Sequence record: PX393109.1
Direction: 5' to 3' (one strand)
Source of the DNA: a phage
DNA: 64,000 nt
Shown here: in pieces, positions 18,331-28,501 of the stretch
Layout of the letters: the number at the start of each line of letters is the position of its first letter
Position numbering within the stretch: position 1 is the stretch's first letter
Notes under the pieces: generated by a model
What the model was told of the DNA's origin: nothing
Database searches by the model: none
What the model saw: only the letters and a program-made list of their open reading frames with translations
Made by a program: the position numbers and the translations under genes

Positions 18331-19312
18331 GTCTCTAACTCGTATAAATGAATACTTGGTTAGGGTTACTCCCAGAGTTTACATGTTCGAAGCAGATAAG
18401 TATCCTGGTAATGTCCAGATAGCTAACGAACATAAGGGGGAGGAGCTCCGACTGTGTCCCACCTGTGAACTTATGGGGGAACCGAACTCTAAGTGGACAT
18501 TTTACTGGAACTACAATAAGCAGACTGGAATATGCCATCGTTGCCATTGTAAGTTCATACCTTTCTCGAATAAGAGTAAGGAAGAGTTAGAATTAGAGCT
18601 AACTATCCGTGGGTGGATAGCTCATTCTGATAAGCAGGTAGTCCGGAGTTTATCTTCGGTGCCAGAGATTCAGTATGAGAGGATGTTTGATCCTCCTTCT
18701 GATTTCTGTAAAGAGTATTTGGCTAACCGCAACCCGCTCCTACAGGGTATGGAAGATTATTTCCAGATCCGCGAACTTAAGGGAGTAGGTGTGGCAGCTC
18801 CGATGTATTTTAAGGGTAAGATCATATCTTATACGATGCGTCTGTACGAGCCGATAGGTAAAAGGAAATACCATATTCCTCCTGGGGATAAGTATATCTA
18901 TAGTCCGAATCGTGCTCTGAAGACTAGTCTATACGGAGGTATGACTAAGTTCAGCTTATGCGAGGGTATGTTTGATGCTTTCGCAATGTTGCTGTTAGGC
19001 TACGATAACCCATTAGCTGTCCAGGGATCTTTCCTCACCGATACCCAGGCCAGGATGATGAGTCAGTTCTTCCCGGAAGAAGGTCAGATATTTCTTGACA
19101 GTACGGATTTATCTTTTGAACTGCGCAATAGCGTAAGACAGAAGGTGAAGAGTATTCGTCAACTGCGAGTAGTCTACAGCGATGGTGAGGATCCTGAGGA
19201 ATTACTAATACGGAAACTGCAGAATGGTACTGATGAGTTCATCCAGTCCGTATTAGACAGAAGAGAGAACTTAATATGCAATATGATGTCGAAGGAATCC
19301 TCGATAGCGTAG
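18320..19312 (+). CDS. DNA primase (zinc-ribbon + Toprim, DnaG-like)
   Basis: CPTC...CHRCHC zinc-binding motif followed by Toprim-like CEGMFDA and DSTD acidic motifs. Confidence 0.6.
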   Translation: MEIESLTRINEYLVRVTPRVYMFEADKYPGNVQIANEHKGEELRLCPTCELMGEPNSKWTFYWNYNKQTGICHRCHCKFIPFSNKSKEELELELTIRGWIAHSDKQVVRSLSSVPEIQYERMFDPPSDFCKEYLANRNPLLQGMEDYFQIRELKGVGVAAPMYFKGKIISYTMRLYEPIGKRKYHIPPGDKYIYSPNRALKTSLYGGMTKFSLCEGMFDAFAMLLLGYDNPLAVQGSFLTDTQARMMSQFFPEEGQIFLDSTDLSFELRNSVRQKVKSIRQLRVVYSDGEDPEELLIRKLQNGTDEFIQSVLDRRENLICNMMSKESSIA

Positions 19313-20913
19313 TGGAGGAGACGTTCCCGGACTTTAGCTATCGAGCTAATCAGCGCGAAACTATCATCAAGATTCTGGATGCGTTCATTAATAAGAATAA
19401 GAAGACGGTGCTGCTGAATGCTCCTACCGGTGCTGGTAAATCGTGGATCTCTCGAATCGTAGCCGAAGTAATTAATCAGCTGTTCGAGACCGATTCTCTA
19501 TTCATTACCAAGACGATTGCTCTCCAGCAGCAGTATCTTCGCGACTTTAAGGATATGAAGCAGTTGATGGGTGCTACGAACTATAGCTGCCACACAGACC
19601 TGACTCTGCCCATTCCTCCGAAGAAGAAACATCACCCTACCTGTCGCTATCGTAAGACGGACGGGTGCTGTGAGTATGCGGCAGCTCGTAATGCGTGGAA
19701 AGATTCACCACTTAAGAACCTTAACTATGCATTCTTCTTTACTGCGGATGGTAAGTACACTGCAGAAGGACTGCTGGTGGCGGACGAAGCCCATACTCTG
19801 CCAGGATCTCTTATTGATCGCTCCGAAGTTACTATCAACATCAGTCGTCTTATGGACCTAACTCCAGAATTCGACATGGGGGATTACATTCCGGTTGCTG
19901 AGATTCAGAGGACTAAGCACTTCAAGATCAACTACATCTTCGACCTGCTACCATATCTTACCCAGGCTAAATCTGTTCTATACGCTCAGATTCGTGATCT
20001 GGAGAAGGCTATCGAGAAGTTCGATGCTATCGGTAACAAGGCTCAGGTAGAGTCGCTGATCGCGAGTAAACTGGGACCTCTGGAATCTCGAGCTAGCCTG
20101 GCTTCAGAGACCGTGTCCGGGATTAATACAATCATCGCTACGGATCCAGATCAGTGGGTACTGTACGAAGATACTGGTGAGCGAGATCTGATGTTTAAGT
20201 TCAAGCCACTGGAAGTACTGGACTCTTCAGCTAGCTTGATTATGCATCCAGAGTATCGTCTGCTGATGACTGCTACTCCGTTTAATCTTATCTATGATCT
20301 GAAACTGAGCATGGATGATACGGAAGTAATCACTACTGATTATGCATGGCCTCTGGAGAATCGTCCGTTTATTGTGGAACGTTCTCTTCCTAGCATGAAC
20401 TTCAAGACTAAGGCGGATGTGTTCCCGGAATATGTAGAAGCTCTGGATAACTTCCTGGAGGGACTGGGAGATGACACTGCTTGCGGACTGGTTCACTCTG
20501 CATCGTATGCTAATGCTGAGGAGATCAAGAAGTTAAGTAAGTATGCCGACCGTATGTACATTCCCACCTCTAGGGAAGTGCGAGACATCACTAAGCTGAT
20601 GACTCCTGGTCGCATTATCGTGTCTCCGTCTATTCTGGAGGGCGTGGACTTACATGGCGATCTTGCCAGATTCCAGGTATTCTTCAAGATCTCCTATCCT
20701 AACCTGGGTGATCTCTGGGTAGAGCGCAAGAAAGTGCGTGATCCGGAGTGGTATAATATCCAGCCTATGATAGCCATCATCCAGGGTAGTGGTCGTGCTG
20801 TACGTAGCCATGACGATTTCGCAGTAACCTACATGATGGACCCATCCTTCCAGAGACTGCTGGATAACCTTAAGGGACAAGTGCCCGAGTGGTTCCTACA
20901 GACCCTCATCTAA
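19276..20913 (+). CDS. SF2 DEAH-box helicase (DinG/Rad3-like)
   Basis: Walker A LLNAPTGAGKS, DEAH box LVADEAHTLP, C-terminal EGVDLHG and QGSGRAVR motifs. Confidence 0.7.
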   Translation: MQYDVEGILDSVVEETFPDFSYRANQRETIIKILDAFINKNKKTVLLNAPTGAGKSWISRIVAEVINQLFETDSLFITKTIALQQQYLRDFKDMKQLMGATNYSCHTDLTLPIPPKKKHHPTCRYRKTDGCCEYAAARNAWKDSPLKNLNYAFFFTADGKYTAEGLLVADEAHTLPGSLIDRSEVTINISRLMDLTPEFDMGDYIPVAEIQRTKHFKINYIFDLLPYLTQAKSVLYAQIRDLEKAIEKFDAIGNKAQVESLIASKLGPLESRASLASETVSGINTIIATDPDQWVLYEDTGERDLMFKFKPLEVLDSSASLIMHPEYRLLMTATPFNLIYDLKLSMDDTEVITTDYAWPLENRPFIVERSLPSMNFKTKADVFPEYVEALDNFLEGLGDDTACGLVHSASYANAEEIKKLSKYADRMYIPTSREVRDITKLMTPGRIIVSPSILEGVDLHGDLARFQVFFKISYPNLGDLWVERKKVRDPEWYNIQPMIAIIQGSGRAVRSHDDFAVTYMMDPSFQRLLDNLKGQVPEWFLQTLI

Positions 20914-20921
20914 AGATACCT

Positions 20922-20957
20922 CCGCCTTTTTAGCGGCCTAAAAGGCTGTTAAATTGG
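20922..20957 (+). promoter_or_regulatory. class A conserved promoter-like motif, copy 8
   Basis: CCGCCTTTTTAGCGGCCTAAAAGGCTGTTAAATTGG. Confidence 0.6.
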
Positions 20958-20982
20958 CGGAGGTTTATTTTTGGAGTTAAAC

Positions 20983-23900
20983 ATGTTTCTGAATCACAAT
21001 TTAGTTGGCGAAGTAGACTATGTCATTATCGGGGACGAGCGCGAGAATAATGATGCTCCTCCGTTTGCTGCATCGAATGCTGGCCAAACTCTTGATGTAG
21101 CGCTAATTACAGCTGGGGTACATAACAAAGTTGGTCTGATAGAGATCAACAGAGATGGTACTTTCGAAGAGCTGTCTAACATAGACGAAATCCGTGATAA
21201 GGATGGTCTCAACTTTTACGAGCTGTGTGAAAAGCATGGCGTTAAGCATGTAATGACTTTGGGTCGCCAATTAGCTGCGACTATATCCCCAGGCTATACG
21301 CATAAGAAGACTCTGGATAAGCTACTGAAGTTCCCTCTGGGTAACATACCGGAGTATAACTTTAAGCTAGCTGTAGTCATGCACCATGCCCAGGTTGAAC
21401 GTAATCTGGATTCTGATCCTGGTATACTTGATTCGTGGATTGATCGTTTTAAGTTTCTGGTATTCGGCCAGAAAGAATCCGAATATAATGTAGAGTGGGA
21501 ATTCGTCGACTGGAACGGCCTCCAGGAGTTCCTTAACGACATTATGTGGTCTGGGTACAAAGGCTATCTCGGCCTCGACTATGAGTCTAACGCAGCTGAT
21601 TTATTCTCGGTAGACTTCCGGATCACTGGATTCAGTATCGCTAAGAAGATTGGTGATAAGGATGCCAAGTCCGTATGGTACAATGTTACCGGTAAAGAGA
21701 CTCCGGAACAGCTAGGATTCTTGCGTGACTTCCTGGTTAAGTTCCAGGAGCAGATCGTGGCGTTTAACTGTCCGTACGAGATTAAGACTACGTGGCATTG
21801 GTTAGACGTATTCTGCAAGTTTATCGATGCGATTGTAACTCTGACTATGCATGGCGAACGGAGCTCGTTGAAAGATGCTGCTCGTCGTTATTTACATGCA
21901 GACTTCTGGGAAGGGTCGGTACACGAATGGAAGGATCGTTGGGCAGCTATCTTCAAGGATATGAAGAAGCGTTGTACTCCTGAGCAGATTGCAGAGATTC
22001 AGTCTGGCGAGTTCAATATTGAGCATCACCTAGCTCTTAAAGCTGAGTACGAGAAACTCGTGGAAGCGGCTCCGACTAAGGCGGCTAAGAATCGTATTCC
22101 TGTTAACTTCAACCAGTTTATGCTGGATAAGATAGCCGAACTATCGGAGGAGCTCGAAGAATCCGAGATTATTTACTTGGCATCGTTCTACCCATATGAG
22201 TGGGGTGCGATTCCTCGTGAGATTCTTGGGGAGTACTGCTGCTATGACTCCGCGTACGGTGTGTTCATCCACGAGATGTTTTACGATAAGTATAAGGATG
22301 GGTATAACGTATATATGTTACATCCATACCTGGCATCTATCTTCGAAGCTAACGGTATTCGTTGGGATGACGAAGAGGCGACTAAAGAGTACGACTATTG
22401 CATGAGCAAAATGTCGGAGCACTTGGTTAGCCTAATCCCTAACCTTAAGTTACCTCCTGACCAGATGCTTACAGCTCGCGACTTTATCTATCGAGAGTTG
22501 CCGTACGAGAACGTATGGTACACTCCTGGTGGACAAGAGCGCCGTAAGATGGTTACTACTCTGGCTGGGAAGATTGCTGATCTGTCAGGATTCTTCAACC
22601 CTAACAGTAACGATAAGGCTAATAAGGAGAAGTTCTGGAAAGCCTATCTTACTGATGAAGTAGAGATGTGTACCATGCTATGGTCTGTAATGGACCAGCT
22701 TAAGGTGCATGACTACTGGGATAAAACCCTGCTGGCGATCTCTAAGGGGTTCGTGCCTAAGGATTCGGAGAAGCTGGAGAGGGAATTCTTCCGGGAGTTT
22801 CCGGTAGATGAGATCTTAACCAGGATCATCCAATTCGGGGATACTGCTGAGTCTAAGCATGTTCGGGAGTTAATTGCCATGTGCGTCCAGGACGGTCTGG
22901 AAGCTTATGAAGAGCGATTCACGAATAAGTTTAAAGCGGATGTTCTCGATGCCCAATTGGCTATTCACCAGTTGATGTTGGGAGTTAATCCGGATGACGA
23001 GTCTACCTGGAATACATCGTTCCGTATGATGGTTGACCTGAAGATGTATAAGCGTCACTACAAACAGATTGCTACATACATTGATGGTAAGGTAGGACGC
23101 CAGACGGTATGGGCAGCTAAACTACGTGATGGTTTACCTCCGCTGCGAGTTCGTAAGTACGACTGGGATAATCCGAAGTTGCAGGATGGTGAAGATTGCT
23201 ACATCATGACTCCGGACTTTAACTCGTTGGCTGCGATTACATCTCGTTGGCAGGCAGGTATTCATAACGTTCCTGGCGACAGTACTCTGCGTAACATCTG
23301 GGTATCTAAGCCGGAGGGTGGCCTGTGGTACCACCAGGACTTTAGCCAGGCTGAGCTGGTGATGGTTAGCGTGTTCGCCGATGACTCGGATATGAAGAAC
23401 GTATTCTTATCTGGTGGCGACATGCACCGATTCGTTAGCTCGATTGCATACCAGAAGTCTGAACCTGAAGTAACTGATGTTGAGCGTAAGGGTGGTAAGG
23501 CGATTAACTTCGCATTAGTATACCAGTCTAGCCTTGAATCGGTAGCGATGGTTGCTACTGGTGGTGATATGGAGCGTGCTCAGAATCTGATGGACACGGT
23601 ATTCGGTAAGTTTACCGGTCTTAAGGCATGGATTGATGCTACCAAGAAAAATGGCTTCGAGACTGGGTATGCTTATGGTTACTTCGGTAACCGTATCAAC
23701 CTGGAAGGTACCAACGTTAACTCTACTTCGGTGAACTATCCTATCCAGAATACTTCGTCGATGGTTGCTGGCGCAGGTATGTACTTCCTGGATGAGGACT
23801 TTAAGCAGTCCAATATGGAGGCCGAGACTCACATCATGGTCCACGACTCCTTGGATACCACATCCGGAATCAACGAGATGTTCAAGGTGTTCCAGAAGAC

Positions 23901-24270
23901 TCGTGAGAATATGGAGGGGGCTATTCGTGAACTCTGGGATATGCCTATGCGCACTGATATCGAATTCGGTGCTCGGGGCGGTTCCTTGATGGGTCTGGAT
24001 GACTATGGAGTTAACGAAGATGGTTCCGGATGGCTGATCGTTGAGGGTCGTGAGTCTGCATTGGAGAAACTACTGGAAGCTCTCGATCAGTATAGCCAGT
24101 GGACTCCATACGTAGAGATCCTTAAGGAGAAGGAGAAGTTAAACTCTATAGCTAACAGCTTCAACTCCAAATCCGGTATTCGTTCCGACGGTACAGGCTG
24201 GGGATGTAAGTATATCGAGCTTAAGGCTAAAATAACTCTGGAGCCTAAACATGGCGAGAAAGCAGCGTAA
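20983..24270 (+). CDS. family A DNA polymerase (Pol I-like) with N-terminal extension
   Basis: Motif A DFSQAELVMVS, motif B KGGKAINFALVYQ, motif C VHDSLD; N-terminal region has DEDD-like exonuclease motif LGLDYES. Start at ATG 20983 (track start is TTG). Confidence 0.8.
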   Translation: MFLNHNLVGEVDYVIIGDERENNDAPPFAASNAGQTLDVALITAGVHNKVGLIEINRDGTFEELSNIDEIRDKDGLNFYELCEKHGVKHVMTLGRQLAATISPGYTHKKTLDKLLKFPLGNIPEYNFKLAVVMHHAQVERNLDSDPGILDSWIDRFKFLVFGQKESEYNVEWEFVDWNGLQEFLNDIMWSGYKGYLGLDYESNAADLFSVDFRITGFSIAKKIGDKDAKSVWYNVTGKETPEQLGFLRDFLVKFQEQIVAFNCPYEIKTTWHWLDVFCKFIDAIVTLTMHGERSSLKDAARRYLHADFWEGSVHEWKDRWAAIFKDMKKRCTPEQIAEIQSGEFNIEHHLALKAEYEKLVEAAPTKAAKNRIPVNFNQFMLDKIAELSEELEESEIIYLASFYPYEWGAIPREILGEYCCYDSAYGVFIHEMFYDKYKDGYNVYMLHPYLASIFEANGIRWDDEEATKEYDYCMSKMSEHLVSLIPNLKLPPDQMLTARDFIYRELPYENVWYTPGGQERRKMVTTLAGKIADLSGFFNPNSNDKANKEKFWKAYLTDEVEMCTMLWSVMDQLKVHDYWDKTLLAISKGFVPKDSEKLEREFFREFPVDEILTRIIQFGDTAESKHVRELIAMCVQDGLEAYEERFTNKFKADVLDAQLAIHQLMLGVNPDDESTWNTSFRMMVDLKMYKRHYKQIATYIDGKVGRQTVWAAKLRDGLPPLRVRKYDWDNPKLQDGEDCYIMTPDFNSLAAITSRWQAGIHNVPGDSTLRNIWVSKPEGGLWYHQDFSQAELVMVSVFADDSDMKNVFLSGGDMHRFVSSIAYQKSEPEVTDVERKGGKAINFALVYQSSLESVAMVATGGDMERAQNLMDTVFGKFTGLKAWIDATKKNGFETGYAYGYFGNRINLEGTNVNSTSVNYPIQNTSSMVAGAGMYFLDEDFKQSNMEAETHIMVHDSLDTTSGINEMFKVFQKTRENMEGAIRELWDMPMRTDIEFGARGGSLMGLDDYGVNEDGSGWLIVEGRESALEKLLEALDQYSQWTPYVEILKEKEKLNSIANSFNSKSGIRSDGTGWGCKYIELKAKITLEPKHGEKAA

Positions 24271-24520
24271 GGGTGGCCGAAAGACCTCCCCTAAAGTCTT
24301 GGTATCTAATCCGAGACGTCCTGGTAAGACAACTGCTCATAAAATAGCTATGGGCATTGATCCGGCTAAGCCTGGGTCTGAGAAGACTGTGGTAGCTAGC
24401 ATGGCTGATATGATGGGAAATAAGCCGTGTTTGGTGCTTACTACCAAGAAGGGTACCGCATTCTTCGCTCATAACGAACCTGCGCATGTAATGGCATGGA
24501 AGTATGGGCTAATTCGATAA
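24251..24520 (+). CDS. hypothetical basic protein (89 aa)
   Basis: ORF overlapping polymerase 3' end; Lys/Arg-rich N-terminus. Confidence 0.35.
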   Translation: MARKQRKGGRKTSPKVLVSNPRRPGKTTAHKIAMGIDPAKPGSEKTVVASMADMMGNKPCLVLTTKKGTAFFAHNEPAHVMAWKYGLIR

Positions 24521-24522
24521 AA

Positions 24523-24558
24523 CCGCTCTTTTGATGACTCGAAAGGCTGTTAAAGTGT
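24523..24558 (+). promoter_or_regulatory. class A conserved promoter-like motif, copy 9
   Basis: CCGCTCTTTTGATGACTCGAAAGGCTGTTAAAGTGT; followed by 5' UTR hairpin GATGGTG..CACCATC. Confidence 0.6.
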
Positions 24559-24632
24559 TTGGGCGAAAAGGGTAGCTCCCCTGATGGTGCCGCTTCACCA
24601 TCTAGCCCATTTTATTCTAAGCGGAGAATATT

Positions 24633-25358
24633 ATGACACATGAAGAGTTTCTGAGTAAGTATTACAACTTTACCACGCAAAGATGGATTTGTCCGTATTG
24701 CGACGATCCAGATACCTCTTATAATTATAAGAGATCATTTGGTGTCCATCTCCGGAAGTGCCACAATAAAACTGCGCTAGACATACCTAAGGATATTATA
24801 ACTGATCCTGGGTATGGCGTATGTCTAAACTGTGGAGGAGAGTCTACTTTCCGTGGATTAGTTCAAGGTCACTCTAACTTCTGCAGCACCACATGCAGTA
24901 ATAATTATCCTAAACATAGAGATGTCGTTAGGAAAATATTTGTAGAGAATCAGAAGGATCCAAATTTTAGATTAAAGAATGCAGAATCTATACGTAAAAC
25001 TTACTCTGATCCAGAGAAACGAGCTAGCTGTGATAGGCAGATAGCTCTAGCCTCTCTTAATGAAGAGTGCTATTTTTATATTTGGGTAGTGGACGACTCG
25101 TTCGTGAAAATAGGAGTGACTAACGATCCACACTCCAGGATACGTAATGTTATTCCCGAATTCTTTAAGATGAATAAATTAGATGCCACTGACTTAGAGT
25201 ATGATATTAAAGTATCTACTCCTAGAGTCGACTACGACCTAGTCAAGCATATTATCCAGAGTGGCCATACAGAAGTTAGGAGAATAGAATTCCTTCCGTT
25301 AATACGGGAGAAATTAGAAGCTAAACTTAAGGAAGGAGCTTCTACCCAGGATGACTGA
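24633..25358 (+). CDS. Cys-rich (zinc-finger-like) protein with T5orf172/GIY-YIG-like region; AT-rich, atypical codon usage
   Basis: CxxC/C2HC clusters at N-terminus; central FYIWVVDDSFVKIGVTN resembles the GIY-YIG-like T5orf172 core; heavy AGA/ATA/TTA codon use unlike flanking genes. Confidence 0.4.
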   Translation: MTHEEFLSKYYNFTTQRWICPYCDDPDTSYNYKRSFGVHLRKCHNKTALDIPKDIITDPGYGVCLNCGGESTFRGLVQGHSNFCSTTCSNNYPKHRDVVRKIFVENQKDPNFRLKNAESIRKTYSDPEKRASCDRQIALASLNEECYFYIWVVDDSFVKIGVTNDPHSRIRNVIPEFFKMNKLDATDLEYDIKVSTPRVDYDLVKHIIQSGHTEVRRIEFLPLIREKLEAKLKEGASTQDD

Positions 25359-25394
25359 TCATCATCCTTTTATGTCGACATATTGGAGAAAATA

Positions 25395-26846
25395 ATGACT
25401 AAGGCCCAAAATTTACTCACTCTGTTGATGAGTGAACAAATAGTGGACGAGGATCTAGCCTCGGTAGAGCGTTTCATCGACCAGCGTATGATTGATCACG
25501 CTGTCGCTGACATCGAGAAGAATGGTAAGAGCAGTCAATGGTATACTATGTTCCGCAAGATGCAGAATACCAGTGATGCTAACCTGCGTGACTACTATTC
25601 TTATCTTATGATGATGCCCCAGCAGATGGCTAAGAATTTGCTACGAGAGTTCGTACAGAAAGAAGTTCGTTCTGGTACGTTCTCTGCTGATGCATTCTTT
25701 GCGGAAGATGGCGAAGGTGGCTCTACCCAGCTGAACATGATGGATGCTTATGAGACTCCGGATGGTTCTGCTATGGGTATGTTCACAGAGTTGGCTGCCA
25801 GCAACAGAAATAATAACCCTGAAGAGATCACTACGATAAACGATTTTTTAGATAAGTTTATCAACCATCCTAAACTATCTTCCAGCTCTAAGCTAGTGGT
25901 AATTGCCCGATTGATTACTGGTGATGCGGCAGGTCGTGGTAGCATGACGAGTGGTGCTGGTCTGCAGCTCAACGAGTTTGTGGACGATCTACCGAAGGAG
26001 TATGATCAGGTCATGGCTCAGATCAAGCGTCTTATCGATGCTGGATTCACTATGGACCAGATTAACTCCACCATGATCTTACGTGGTGCAGAACGTACCG
26101 ACGATCAGGGTAATAAGAAGTCCGTAGCGCAGCTGGTGACTAACCATAAGATCAACCAGACTGGCGATAACGTAACTCAGGTAATTAAGGATCTGACTGG
26201 CCAGGATGTGAAGGTTACTCCTGACGGTCGCTGGGATCTGAAACCTGTTTACCGCTGGTTGATGGGACGATCTGTCAACGAAGATCTGTCTAAGGGAGAA
26301 GTCCCTGATATGATCAAAGACGATGGTGGTCGCTGGTACATTAAGTACAAGGACATGGTTTGGAACCCGACTAAGAACGAGTTCATGAATCTGTCCGAAG
26401 CATCCGACGATGATCTGTCCGCATGCTACACTACCGATATGGCTACTGCTAACTCCTGGAAGCTATCTGCTGCTGAGAGTACGGCTATGCCTGAGGGAGT
26501 AGACGAAGCGGCTCCGTCGGAAGTGCTCCGTCGCGTTAACAAGGTTATCGAAGTACTGATGGGCGGTAAAGGTTCTGTACGTACCTCCGACCTTATCAGC
26601 ACTCTGGTCATCTTCGTAGCGCTGGCTAAGCAGGTTAAGTCACCAGTCATTAAGACCTGGCCATCCCAGGATATTAAAACTGTGGCTCGTAAATACCTGA
26701 AGGATGCTAAGTCTGGTAGTCCTAAGGCTAAGCGCGGAGTACTAGCCATGATTATGTCTGTAATCATGAAGCTTAATCCTCGTCTGCAGCAATCCTGGCG
26801 TAAACAGTCCCAACGTATTACCCAGGCAATCAGCAAAGCTCGCTGA
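25395..26846 (+). CDS. hypothetical protein (483 aa)
   Basis: Long ORF with RBS GGAGAAAATA-ATG; no domain recognised. Confidence 0.5.
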   Translation: MTKAQNLLTLLMSEQIVDEDLASVERFIDQRMIDHAVADIEKNGKSSQWYTMFRKMQNTSDANLRDYYSYLMMMPQQMAKNLLREFVQKEVRSGTFSADAFFAEDGEGGSTQLNMMDAYETPDGSAMGMFTELAASNRNNNPEEITTINDFLDKFINHPKLSSSSKLVVIARLITGDAAGRGSMTSGAGLQLNEFVDDLPKEYDQVMAQIKRLIDAGFTMDQINSTMILRGAERTDDQGNKKSVAQLVTNHKINQTGDNVTQVIKDLTGQDVKVTPDGRWDLKPVYRWLMGRSVNEDLSKGEVPDMIKDDGGRWYIKYKDMVWNPTKNEFMNLSEASDDDLSACYTTDMATANSWKLSAAESTAMPEGVDEAAPSEVLRRVNKVIEVLMGGKGSVRTSDLISTLVIFVALAKQVKSPVIKTWPSQDIKTVARKYLKDAKSGSPKAKRGVLAMIMSVIMKLNPRLQQSWRKQSQRITQAISKAR

Positions 26847-26852
26847 TTCACT

Positions 26853-26875
26853 AGGCCAAGGATGGCCTATTTTTC
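26853..26875 (+). terminator. hairpin terminator (AGGCCA-AGGA-TGGCCT + T-run)
   Basis: Stem-loop plus tattttt after stop at 26846. Confidence 0.55.
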
Positions 26876-26975
26876 AAAAATATTTTTCACTATTGAATGT
26901 TTTTGAAAAATAAAACGAACTTTGAACCTCCTCAAAGCCCGTTCTCTTGGGTGGGGCGGGTTGGCCGCTTCACGG
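26869..26975 (+). promoter_or_regulatory. class B conserved intergenic element, copy 2
   Basis: TTTTTCAAAAATA...GAAAAATAAAACGA...AAAGCCCGTTCTCTTGGGTGGGGCGGG followed by TATAAT 12 nt before the RBS. Confidence 0.55.
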
Positions 26976-26999
26976 TTCATTATAATACGGAGTTAAATC

Positions 27000-27239
27000 A
27001 TGACAATCATTTCTCAATCCCGCTACGATGAAATCATCACCACCACCTCTTTCGGCGAACTGGTTGAGGCAATCCCAGCTGAGTCTTGGGAAGAGTTTGA
27101 TAAAGGTAACCATGCTGCTCTGGTTCCGGCTATCCGTGAGCATGTTCCTGCAGAAATCCTTAAAGGAATCGGCCTTGATTCCTCGGATGAGGCTGGGATA
27201 ACTAACCTGGTCTACATGATCGCTACCCAAGGATTCTAA
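27000..27239 (+). CDS. hypothetical small acidic protein (79 aa)
   Basis: ORF flanked by class B elements on both sides. Confidence 0.5.
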   Translation: MTIISQSRYDEIITTTSFGELVEAIPAESWEEFDKGNHAALVPAIREHVPAEILKGIGLDSSDEAGITNLVYMIATQGF

Positions 27240-27242
27240 TCA

Positions 27243-27326
27243 AAAATAAGTTTCAAAAAGACGCTTCCTGGCGAAGTCTGAGACGTCCCACAGCCCGTTA
27301 ACTTGGGGCGGGGCGTTTCCCCGCCG
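27243..27326 (+). promoter_or_regulatory. class B conserved intergenic element, copy 3 (variant core ACAGCCCGTTAACTTGGGGCGGGGCG + hairpin GGCGGGG/CCCCGCC)
   Basis: Core and perfect 7-bp GC hairpin 27307-27325. Confidence 0.5.
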
Positions 27327-27372
27327 AATGATCCGTCGCGTTTCCTGCGACCTTGAAAGACTGGAGAAAGTC

Positions 27373-27840
27373 ATGTATACATCCCTTTTCGCTGCCTTCC
27401 AACAAGCTGCTCCTTCTATCGCTGAGCAGTTCCGTCCTAATGCCGATCCTCAAGCTCGACTGGTCTCTCGGACCAAGCATGGTCGAGAAATCCCCGATCA
27501 AGAATTCTCAGAGTTATGGAACGTTCAGTCCGCCATCTTTCGCCGTAAGATGAAAGGTAGGAAGGAAATTGAATCAGTTCCAGCTACAGACTGGGCTGCT
27601 CGTATGAGTGGTGGAATTAAGTCTGTAAGCCTCATGTACCGTGATCTCATAAATCTTCTGAAGACCCATGAAATAGACTACGACTGGCTTAATGAAGTTG
27701 CAGTGGTTGGTTCTGACCGAGTGTATATTCCGGTGATTCACATGACAGATGTGATCAACGAAATGTATAAGTTTAAATCCCATATCGTTGTAAATGATAG
27801 CGTAGGGAATAACGTCCACTTAGTTCTGGAGGCTTTATGA
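27373..27840 (+). CDS. hypothetical protein (155 aa)
   Basis: ATG with GGAGAAAGTC spacer; ORF to 27840. Confidence 0.45.
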   Translation: MYTSLFAAFQQAAPSIAEQFRPNADPQARLVSRTKHGREIPDQEFSELWNVQSAIFRRKMKGRKEIESVPATDWAARMSGGIKSVSLMYRDLINLLKTHEIDYDWLNEVAVVGSDRVYIPVIHMTDVINEMYKFKSHIVVNDSVGNNVHLVLEAL

Positions 27841-28181
27841 TTAGTGACGAGTTCAAGAAGGAACATGGTCTGGTGACCTTGGCAGATGTTGATGGCTTCG
27901 AGGAGGCCGCTCTGCGTAAGTTCGCCGACCTGATCCTCACCGAGCCTGATAAGGTTGTGGCTGGGTCGTCTCATAACGATCACTGGGCCATGGTGATTGA
28001 GCAGTATATCCTGTCTGGCCGTTACCCAGTGATTCGTTCTGGTGAAACTGATCCTATCGATGGGATATCAGAGGTTATTACTGTGTACGGCTTTAATGCA
28101 CAGCGTATTGGTTATGATGGTCAGTGTGGAGTATTCCTGGTTGATCATCAGGCTGAGGAGATTATCAATGCAGTACTTTGA
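27837..28181 (+). CDS. hypothetical protein (114 aa)
   Basis: Start overlaps upstream stop (ATGA). Confidence 0.45.
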   Translation: MISDEFKKEHGLVTLADVDGFEEAALRKFADLILTEPDKVVAGSSHNDHWAMVIEQYILSGRYPVIRSGETDPIDGISEVITVYGFNAQRIGYDGQCGVFLVDHQAEEIINAVL

Positions 28182-28482
28182 TCTGTCTAAGGCTACTTTC
28201 CGCCAGCGTAAATCGTATCAGATGCTCAGTAATCTGTTCGACCGTGTTAACTACCGTGGGGTATTTGCTTCCTCTACAGGTTTCCCGTATATCCTGGTGG
28301 ATAAGGGAGATCAGACTATTTCCATAACTGTTCGAGTTCCTCATAAGAACGACGAGCAGCGTCGGGAGATCTACTACAAGATCTTCCACAACTTCGCTAC
28401 TGACTTACCTCAGGATCCGAAGATTTTCCGCCATTCCGACCGAGTGGTTAGTTACCTTGAAAACTTATCCGTAGCTGCATAA
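28168..28482 (+). CDS. hypothetical protein (104 aa)
   Basis: In-frame ATG overlapping upstream stop; the longer track ORF from 28042 overlaps the upstream gene. Confidence 0.4.
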   Translation: MQYFDLSKATFRQRKSYQMLSNLFDRVNYRGVFASSTGFPYILVDKGDQTISITVRVPHKNDEQRREIYYKIFHNFATDLPQDPKIFRHSDRVVSYLENLSVAA

Positions 28483-28501
28483 TAATTTGGAGAATTAAGT
28501 A

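Noticed and set aside
18335-18547. 70-aa minus-strand ORF within the primase gene and similar short antisense ORFs across the + block (for example 20227..20880, 21018..21818, 23515..23844)
   Set aside because: All fall inside longer + strand genes with domain support; none has an RBS; the + block shows uniform strand polarity.
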